Source: a virus | DNA length: 47,546 nucleotides | Virus record (IMG/VR): IMGVR_UViG_3300028534_000006 | Span: 1 to 47,546 of that record | Direction: 5' to 3' (one strand) | Part shown: in pieces, positions 25,772-32,120 of the stretch | Layout: each line of letters opens with the position of its first letter | Position numbering within the stretch: the first letter of the stretch is position 1 | Position numbers and translations under genes: made by a program | The notes under the pieces: model-generated | What the model was told of the DNA's origin: nothing | Databases searched by the model: none | Seen by the model: the letters and a program-made list of their open reading frames with translations, nothing else

Positions 25772-28700
25772 GTCGAGCTGCTGGCTAAACTTTTTGTTAT
25801 TTCTGCTCGCCAATCTAACGTAGAATTTAGTATTTTATCTGATAAATCTTTAAATGTAAGCTGTCCAACTGTCCTACTTATTAAATTGTATAATTCTGGT
25901 GTCATAAGTACTACATTATATTTATCTGCTAATTCTATCAACTTATCAGCACGCTTAGCTTTATACTCTAACTGAAACTCTTTCTTAATATCATTATGTA
26001 CATAAGTAGATACCCAATCTGTATTCTTTGACTGCTTTAAGTGGCTCTTATGTGGTAATAATAAATCATAGGCCAACGACTTAGTAAATCTACCGCGCTC
26101 ATGCCATGGACTTTGATCAATAGCTTTAAACATCTTATTTACTGTAGTAAAGTCATTCACTATGTCATTGACTTTCTTAAGCGACCATGGTTTTAAAGCG
26201 TATGGCATTTGGCATGCTCGCACATCCTCAAATGGCTGCACTAACTCATCAAATGTGACCTTTGAGCGCGCCCCCTCTGATAATGATATATTTATTAAAA
26301 ATGTAACATCTGCCCTATGTATGATTAGCCTATCGTCTTTTGCTGGCGAGTCGTCCAGCATATATAATATTGCGGGCCTATCAAGTATTGCTTGCAAATA
26401 CTCTTCCTCTCTATCATCAGAAGTATAGTCGAACATATCCGCAACCTCTAGTTTTTGTATATGATCTGACAGTGATTTGCTTGATGCTATGCTAGCCTCC
26501 TGGATTTGATGTTTTACTGGTGGGGTTGGAACTTCAGTTTTAAAGTATACCTCTAGTTCTGAGCGATTGTAATTATTATCAAACAACCATCTTAAGTATT
26601 TAGCAAAATTAAGTACGTCTTCATGCTCTGGTCGCATATGCCGTAGATCTGACTGTAGCTTATTTAGTACTTGTGAAGGCATATCCTGTGACCTCTTAAT
26701 TTCTATTGGAAACCACCTACGATCTTGCTTGTCTGGTATTTTAGGCATATAATTTGACGTCACAAGTACCATTAGGTCCAACTCTATCTCACGAATTGAC
26801 ATACCTTTACGCTCAATGGGATACCGTACTTTATAGTCACCAAGTATCTTCAATTTCTCATATAGTTCTGCACTTAGCTGTTGCTGCTTAAACTCAACCT
26901 CAGTAAGTGTGGCTATACGCATCTGGTCAAAGTTTGGACTAAAGCGCCCAACTACTTGCTTAGCTTGTACTTCTTGCGCTGTCTGCCCAAATAATAGGCG
27001 CGGTATCAGCGACGTCATGTTTGACTTACCTGCCCCCTGCTCACCATAAAACACATACACACCCATTGGCGACATGTGTTGGCTATATAATGCTATTGAT
27101 AACATAAAATGGAACCAAGTAAGCTGTGTGAATGGCGTATTATTGTGCATATATATTTGCTTGCCATGCCTATTGGTTATTACTGCTTCTGGTATACTAT
27201 AATAATATTGTTGCCATAGTATATTTGACTTAATTTCATCTATAGTTATATGCTCATTTTGTTGTACCATCTGAGCAGGTGTAGTAGGTATCTTATTATA
27301 TGTTGGTGGTTGCACTGTCAAATCCAACTGGCCTATTTGCTGGCGTTGTACTGAGGCTATTAATTGCACTGGCTCCAAAGTATGCAATTTGTCAAGTAGT
27401 TTATCCACCTGCTCTTTTGCCGCTTTCATCACTTTATTACGCGTTTTATAGTCTAGTGCGTCCACTGTCTCAGCACCATAGTGAGCAGCCATGTCATTTG
27501 CTTTTTTAATTTGTAAGTGCTTTTGCACAAACCTTGGCGATCTTAGGTCTATTTTATCTGTGGCTAATTGTAGCAGCACCTCATCTTGCTTTGGGTCATA
27601 CATAAAGTATGTAATCTCACCTAATGATGTAGTTGTCGGCAAGTAGTTGTACACTTTATTACCACGCATATACACCATCTCGTTATTTAGTGAGTACACA
27701 TTGAGGTTATGCTTATTCTTTTGCTGTAGTATATGCATTGTATCACCCGGCTGGCGGTATTGTATATGCGCACTTGGGTCTATTGACTCAGACACTGGAG
27801 CCTCTTCCTTAGGTAGCGTATTCTCAGCAAACGTCCAAAACTTAGCTAGATAGTTGTCGATTGTAAATTGTTTATACTGCGGCGCTGTAAGTATAAAGTC
27901 CTTTAGCCAAAATACTGCCAATGCTTGGCGCTCTTCCTCATCAAGTAATGTTTGTGAATAGCAGGCCAATGTTGCCGTCCTGTAGTAAGTATAATTATTC
28001 TCGAGCACTGGCATACCAATATTACGCATACTATTAACTAGTGTCGTCGGCGGTTTGTGATACTGTGTGACTTTGCGAGCTGCGTAGAATGCGTCTGCTT
28101 TCACATTTGCGTTGGCGTGTGTTGGTGCTGCTGGGTTGAATATGTTATTATAGATTGCGCATAGGCCTTCTGATGTGCACCCATCCTTTGACAACTTATT
28201 ATGCACTATTGGCGCCAACGGCGTACCCTCCAACTTTTTTAAGTCGTCGACTGTTAAATTGTAGCCATGGTGTACGAATGCTTGTATATAACCCGCTAGC
28301 TCTGCGTCAGTGTACGAATATAAATCGTCTGAAGTATAGTGATTTTGTGATGCTAGCTCCTCATTTGTCTTCTCCAGCAAGTAGGTGTTGATTATGTCAA
28401 TATCGGACTGAGTGAGTGTATGTAGCGGTTTGTTTTGAGCTATCCACTCATCTGACAACTCATCTTTAAGAGTACCTGTCTCTGCATCCCAATAGCGCAA
28501 ATACCCCTCAAACACAAATCCTGATGGCAAGTAGTCACCAACTATCTGTGTGCCGTTTATTGAAGTCTCGCTCGTCGTATCTCCTCGCGCTACTGAGGTC
28601 TCGCTCGTCGTATCTCCTCGCGCTACTGAAGTAGTTATCTTCGCTCTCTTAGGCCATATGTTATTTAGTGGTTCGTACTTAGTTATGTCTGGCACTTTGA

Positions 28701-29109
28701 ACCATATGTGCACTTTATCTTTTGAAGAGCCGTAAGTAATGAATGTATTTTTAACTGCTGGAAGTATTGATGCTAGCGCTTTGACGGCGTCTTTAGCATT
28801 TTTGTCTATATCTATGACTATAAACTCAGGTATTGTAGATTGTGACTGCTGTTCTAAGAACACACGAACTACGTGGTCACCTCGCCGTACATTACTACCT
28901 GGCTTAATTTTGAGGTTTTTGAACTCTTTCTTTGGCTTTAATTGTGTGAGTTCGCCCCCTCTTGATATAGATGTATTTAGATTAGACTGTCCTGTATAGT
29001 GTGGGTTTATGTCTACTGCGTGCTTTCTTAGCGCTGATTTTCTATCGTACGCTACTTTAGCTAAGTCTATATTAAGATTGGCTATTAAGTAGGTTAGAAT
29101 ATTTTGCAT
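25753..29109 (-). CDS. Bifunctional primase-polymerase (AEP) / SF3 (D5-like) helicase.
   Basis: AEP motifs FIVIDIDKN and KVHIWFKV. Walker A VFYGEQGAGKSN in the C-terminal half. The ATG at 29109 follows AAAGGAGAGG. The track start at 29166 lies at or near the predicted transcription start, so I reject it. Confidence 0.8.
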   Translation of the reverse strand: MQNILTYLIANLNIDLAKVAYDRKSALRKHAVDINPHYTGQSNLNTSISRGGELTQLKPKKEFKNLKIKPGSNVRRGDHVVRVFLEQQSQSTIPEFIVIDIDKNAKDAVKALASILPAVKNTFITYGSSKDKVHIWFKVPDITKYEPLNNIWPKRAKITTSVARGDTTSETSVARGDTTSETSINGTQIVGDYLPSGFVFEGYLRYWDAETGTLKDELSDEWIAQNKPLHTLTQSDIDIINTYLLEKTNEELASQNHYTSDDLYSYTDAELAGYIQAFVHHGYNLTVDDLKKLEGTPLAPIVHNKLSKDGCTSEGLCAIYNNIFNPAAPTHANANVKADAFYAARKVTQYHKPPTTLVNSMRNIGMPVLENNYTYYRTATLACYSQTLLDEEERQALAVFWLKDFILTAPQYKQFTIDNYLAKFWTFAENTLPKEEAPVSESIDPSAHIQYRQPGDTMHILQQKNKHNLNVYSLNNEMVYMRGNKVYNYLPTTTSLGEITYFMYDPKQDEVLLQLATDKIDLRSPRFVQKHLQIKKANDMAAHYGAETVDALDYKTRNKVMKAAKEQVDKLLDKLHTLEPVQLIASVQRQQIGQLDLTVQPPTYNKIPTTPAQMVQQNEHITIDEIKSNILWQQYYYSIPEAVITNRHGKQIYMHNNTPFTQLTWFHFMLSIALYSQHMSPMGVYVFYGEQGAGKSNMTSLIPRLLFGQTAQEVQAKQVVGRFSPNFDQMRIATLTEVEFKQQQLSAELYEKLKILGDYKVRYPIERKGMSIREIELDLMVLVTSNYMPKIPDKQDRRWFPIEIKRSQDMPSQVLNKLQSDLRHMRPEHEDVLNFAKYLRWLFDNNYNRSELEVYFKTEVPTPPVKHQIQEASIASSKSLSDHIQKLEVADMFDYTSDDREEEYLQAILDRPAILYMLDDSPAKDDRLIIHRADVTFLINISLSEGARSKVTFDELVQPFEDVRACQMPYALKPWSLKKVNDIVNDFTTVNKMFKAIDQSPWHERGRFTKSLAYDLLLPHKSHLKQSKNTDWVSTYVHNDIKKEFQLEYKAKRADKLIELADKYNVVLMTPELYNLISRTVGQLTFKDLSDKILNSTLDWRAEITKSLASSSTNEGLS
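28562..28627 (-). repeat. In-frame 33-bp tandem duplication inside the primase-helicase gene (protein repeat SVARGDTTSET x2).
   Basis: The two units differ at one base. The segment is visibly G+C-richer than its surroundings. Confidence 0.9.
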
Positions 29110-29181
29110 TGCCTCTCCTTTATAATATGTACAAAGTTTAAGATAACTGTAGTTTAGCAGGTTCAACTATCTTAATATTTT

Positions 29182-29213
29182 ATTATATCATAGTTTTGTT
29201 TAGACTAACATTA
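29182..29213 (-). promoter_or_regulatory. Phage-consensus promoter (TAATGTTAGTCTAAAC-N7-TGATATAAT) for the replication operon.
   Basis: Read on the minus strand, about 70 nt upstream of the ATG at 29109. Confidence 0.7.
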
Positions 29214-29428
29214 GGGATAAATTACAGGTTTCGCAAAGAATGAGGTAGTGGCCTTGTTGATAGAAATTGGTTCAAAAGTCGGTGCACTTTGCGCGGCGTT
29301 GGCTAAAAGCTGGGGCAATTCCATGGGTGTGCATAGTTTGCACCGAAACGGATTTTTTACGCTGAACCAGTGATTTGGTATACCTTTGTGCCATTGACCC
29401 GTATTCAGCTTTAAAGTGTGAAAGTAGA

Positions 29429-29457
29429 TAATGTTAGTTTAGATATTGATATATAAT
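29429..29457 (+). promoter_or_regulatory. Weaker promoter-like copy (TAATGTTAGTTTAGAT, with TATAAT at 29452-29457).
   Basis: The 16-mer matches well, but the spacing to TATAAT is 2-3 nt shorter than in the other copies. It would transcribe the non-coding stretch 29465-29800. Confidence 0.35.
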
Positions 29458-29726
29458 ATCCCTTATATATATATTTATTTTATTTTAAATTTAATATATA
29501 AATAAAATAATATTAATATAATTGAACCCGGTGTAGATATATAAAAAATTTCACCTCTATATACAGCGAAGTTAAAACCCATATCCCCTAAAAATTCAAT
29601 GTTTTTCTGCGCGGCGGGATAGCGAGTGTAGTTATCCCGTGCTTCCTAGTTTTGCCCCAGTTTTTCTCGAGATTTGCGTAGTATGTAGACTGCTGCCTCC
29701 TCGCTACTTTGAGGCCGTACTTGTCA

Positions 29727-29796
29727 GTGGTGGACAGCCTGCGTGTAGTGGGCAGCCTGCGTGCGGTGGACCGCCTGCGTGCGGTGGACCGCCTGC
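29727..29796 (+). repeat. G+C-rich tandem repeat of about 18 bp, roughly 4 units (GGTGGACCGCCTGCGTGC), abutting the promoter at 29797.
   Basis: gtggtggacagcctgcgtgta / gtgggcagcctgcgtgc / ggtggaccgcctgcgtgc / ggtggaccgcctgc, read directly from the sequence. Confidence 0.9.
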
Positions 29797-29828
29797 TAAT
29801 GTTAGTTTAAGCAAAATTTTGATATAAT
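29797..29828 (+). promoter_or_regulatory. Phage-consensus promoter (perfect TAATGTTAGTTTAAGC-N7-TGATATAAT) for the early plus-strand genes.
   Basis: About 55 nt upstream of the ATG at 29885. Confidence 0.7.
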
Positions 29829-29884
29829 ATAAATATAAATACGAGTGAAGTGCTCGTGTATATAAATTACCTACTAAAGGACAC

Positions 29885-30421
29885 ATGATGTACAAGAAAT
29901 TTGAAATCTCTGAGTTGACTGAGCTAGAAGTGGCTAATCTACAACCTGCTATAACACACAAAGGCTACTTGTATGTGCCTACTTATATAGTAGAATTTGC
30001 CGTAGCCGAGTTTAATATGAAAGTTAAGCCACAAGATGCTGACTACTATGTAGTCGAGTTTCTTGAAGAGTGGACACAGGAGACTGAAGATATTTTATGT
30101 GACATTCAAGTAGAGACTCTATCACAAGTGTACTTAGTAAATAATAAATTGGTAGTACCAGAGCAATGGTTATCAACTGTGCAAGCATTCTTAGTTAATA
30201 AGACATATGTAGCAAGTAGTCATAATACTTGTAACAAGATTGTAAGTGCCGCCAATGGTAAGATGTATGAAGTTTACATGTACTTTACTAGTGAGACAGA
30301 TAAATGGGTAATTTATGCAGAGGCTGACGACAAGTTTACTGTATTTTGGTGGCTTGGTAGTGAGGAGCCAAGCTCAGAGACTTTAATCGAGCGACTTACT
30401 AATATTGATATTTGGCATTAA
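29885..30421 (+). CDS. Acidic early protein of unknown function (178 aa).
   Basis: RBS AAAGGA. It is Glu/Asp-rich and is the first gene after a consensus promoter. Confidence 0.7.
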   Translation: MMYKKFEISELTELEVANLQPAITHKGYLYVPTYIVEFAVAEFNMKVKPQDADYYVVEFLEEWTQETEDILCDIQVETLSQVYLVNNKLVVPEQWLSTVQAFLVNKTYVASSHNTCNKIVSAANGKMYEVYMYFTSETDKWVIYAEADDKFTVFWWLGSEEPSSETLIERLTNIDIWH

Positions 30422-30430
30422 GACTCTTAC

Positions 30431-30462
30431 TAATGTTAGTTTAAGCAAAATTATGATATAAT
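30431..30462 (+). promoter_or_regulatory. Phage-consensus promoter (perfect TAATGTTAGTTTAAGC-N7-TGATATAAT).
   Basis: It lies between the two early genes, about 58 nt upstream of the ATG at 30520. Confidence 0.7.
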
Positions 30463-30519
30463 ATAATATAAATAAGTATTTAACTACTTGTTTATAAAAA
30501 AACTTATAAAGGATGCATT

Positions 30520-30864
30520 ATGCAGAAACTTACTATTTTAATTGATATGGACAACATACCACCAAGTGACTTAGGAGCTTTGGTTGCAAGCCTTACAGCC
30601 ACACATTCGGATGTTACTTTAAAATGTGACCAATTTATACAATATGACGCTTATGATGATGGGCCACTTGTACTTATGCATATCGATGTAACTGCAGCAG
30701 ATGAATGGACACTTGATGATATTGTGTCTACCTTGCAGCTACTTGAAAAGAGACAACCTGAGGTATTTAAGCATGTACGTATGTCACAAGATGCACAAGA
30801 TACGTGTGATTTAATTATATCATTATATCATGCTGCATATCCAGAGGCTATAATTTGTCAATAG
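30520..30864 (+). CDS. Strongly acidic early protein of unknown function (114 aa).
   Basis: RBS AAAGGA. Many Asp/Glu and few Lys/Arg residues. Followed by a terminator. Confidence 0.7.
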   Translation: MQKLTILIDMDNIPPSDLGALVASLTATHSDVTLKCDQFIQYDAYDDGPLVLMHIDVTAADEWTLDDIVSTLQLLEKRQPEVFKHVRMSQDAQDTCDLIISLYHAAYPEAIICQ

Positions 30865-30870
30865 CATATA

Positions 30871-30897
30871 AGCAAGTAATAATAACTATTACTTGCT
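30871..30897 (+). terminator. Intrinsic terminator of the early plus-strand unit (11-bp perfect stem).
   Basis: agcaagtaata-ataac-tattacttgct followed by gcttatt. It starts 7 nt after the stop codon. Confidence 0.6.
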
Positions 30898-30910
30898 GCT
30901 TATTAATATT

Positions 30911-31054
30911 AGGCACTTGCGCAGGTAGTATATACAGCTTGCGCAAGTGGAACTGCTTATTGTTAGGTAGTGATACCCAGCTGCTTACAGTTGCAACTTA
31001 ATATTCTCGGAATTCGTGAGAGGCCTACTACAAACACTACTTGCGCAGGTGCCT
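30911..31054 (+). ncRNA. Candidate structured RNA (about 145 nt) closed by a 19-bp stem.
   Basis: 30911-30929 pairs with 31036-31054 over 19 consecutive positions, two of which are G-U only on the plus-strand transcript. There are internal palindromes (cttgcgcaag, cagctg, gttgcaac) and no ORF. It sits between two terminators. Confidence 0.4.
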
Positions 31055-31070
31055 AAATATTATAAAAAAT

Positions 31071-31099
31071 AAGTGACCAGTCTTTTTGACTAGTCACTT
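31071..31099 (-). terminator. Intrinsic terminator of the 134-aa gene.
   Basis: The minus-strand RNA reads AAGUGACUAG-UCAAAAAGA-CUGGUCACUU followed by AUUUUUUAU. Confidence 0.7.
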
Positions 31100-31102
31100 A
31101 AT

Positions 31103-31118
31103 AAATTGTCAAGTGTTG
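31103..31118. repeat. Left arm of a perfect 16-bp inverted repeat flanking the 134-aa gene.
   Basis: aaattgtcaagtgttg is the exact reverse complement of 31586-31601. Confidence 0.9.
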
Positions 31119-31125
31119 AAGTAGC

Positions 31126-31530
31126 TTAGTTTAATTCTTTGATAAGTTTCAATTGATCTTTAGTGAAGCCTGTATCATCAAACTCGTGCTTGATTGACTC
31201 AAGATGTTTTATATCTTTCTTGATGGCTTCAATATCTGCATCTTCGTCAAAAGCGGATGCTTTCAACTTTTCAATGTCTCTAGTTACTTTCTTAAGATGA
31301 GACTCAGCAAATCTGCAGTGACTGTAGTAACCGTCTTTTGCTCTTGAATTTCTTGGGAATACTTCAATTGGCTCATATCGTTTGTGTCTTGAGCACCACT
31401 TAGCTATGATTTTGTCGCCATCATAGATTGGAGCATGTGCCCTAGTGTCATTGTGTGCATGTGCAATCTCTAGAACTTTCATAGCCTGATCTTCAGTTAG
31501 CCCAATTTCAAGTAATTGTTTCTTAGTCAT
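31126..31530 (-). CDS. Small protein of unknown function (134 aa) with a C-x2-H ... H-C pattern, in a monocistronic unit.
   Basis: RBS AAAAGGA. WCSRHKRYEPIEVFPRNSRAKDGYYSHC could be a zinc-binding element. It has its own terminator and is flanked by the 16-bp inverted repeat. Confidence 0.7.
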   Translation of the reverse strand: MTKKQLLEIGLTEDQAMKVLEIAHAHNDTRAHAPIYDGDKIIAKWCSRHKRYEPIEVFPRNSRAKDGYYSHCRFAESHLKKVTRDIEKLKASAFDEDADIEAIKKDIKHLESIKHEFDDTGFTKDQLKLIKELN

Positions 31531-31585
31531 TTTTGTATCCTTTTTAGTGTGATTTTTGATTGTTTCAGATTAATGATTATTTAAA

Positions 31586-31601
31586 CAACACTTGACAATT
31601 T
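31586..31601. repeat. Right arm of the 16-bp inverted repeat.
   Basis: caacacttgacaattt. It overlaps tandem TTGACA hexamers (31593-31598 and 31605-31610). Confidence 0.9.
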
Positions 31602-31824
31602 TATTGACAATGATAAATTAAAGAACAATTATATATAAAAAATAAGTTTAAATTTTATATATAAATAAATTATATATATTCTTATTTTTTATATAATAAT
31701 ATTATAGCATAAATTATATTAAATTTATATTAATTCGCTGCATAAATATATAAATAAATTAAATATATTCGTTACTTATTTTAAATTTTATTTAAATTTC
31801 TGTATTAATACTAATCTATTTATT

Positions 31825-31856
31825 TAATCGAATTTTAATAATAATTATGATATAAT
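31825..31856 (+). promoter_or_regulatory. Promoter-like site inside the AT-rich non-coding region (TAATCGAATTTTAATA-N7-TGATATAAT).
   Basis: The extended -10 is perfect and the upstream 16-mer matches the family consensus at 10 of 16 positions. It points toward the tandem repeats at 32121-32390. Confidence 0.35.
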
Positions 31857-31871
31857 GCAAATATTTAAATA

Positions 31872-31953
31872 AATATTAAATAAATAAATTAGTGTCGATA
31901 TTTAAGATTAAATTAATATACATAAAATTAATATTAAATAAATAAATTAGTGT
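31872..31953 (+). repeat. 24-bp AT-rich direct repeat x2 (aatattaaataaataaattagtgt) with a 58-bp period.
   Basis: The copies are at 31872-31895 and 31930-31953, and each is followed by (c/a)(g/a)atatttaa. Confidence 0.85.
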
Positions 31954-32120
31954 AAATATTTAATATTTGTTTAATAATAAGGCTATTTTAATCTGCAATA
32001 ATAATTAAAATAGTGAAGCTATTTAAATAAATTTAAGGTGGCTATCTTAATTAATTAAATATACCCCCAGGGTGCATCAAAAAATTAAATATGCTGCGAC
32101 CGGCCGAGGTTTACCGAGGC

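Noticed and set aside
29109-29166. The upstream ATG at 29166 as the start of the primase-helicase gene.
   Set aside because: It lies only about 16 nt downstream of the -10 box (29182-29190), at or near the predicted transcription start, and has no RBS. The ATG at 29109 is preceded by AAAGGAGAGG.
29272-29394. 40-codon Arg/Lys-rich minus-strand ORF inside the G+C-rich island.
   Set aside because: It has a weak RBS (only GGG) and lies upstream of both flanking promoters. It is too short to judge. I mention it under the island finding but do not call it a gene.
29455-29520. An apparent palindrome in the AT-rich block after the 29429 promoter-like site.
   Set aside because: The two halves are complements read in the same direction (tatatatttattttatt versus atatataaataaaataa), not reverse complements. 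No hairpin or cruciform can form, so it is just low-complexity AT-rich DNA.
29639-29961. ORFs 29639-29827 (plus strand, 62 aa, GTG start) and 29704-29961 (minus strand, 85 aa) in the early control region.
   Set aside because: Both are generated by the G+C-rich 18-bp tandem repeat and give low-complexity GGPPACGG / PPHAGGPPHAG peptides. They run through the consensus promoter at 29797-29828, and the minus-strand ORF also overlaps the start of the 29885 gene. Neither has an RBS.
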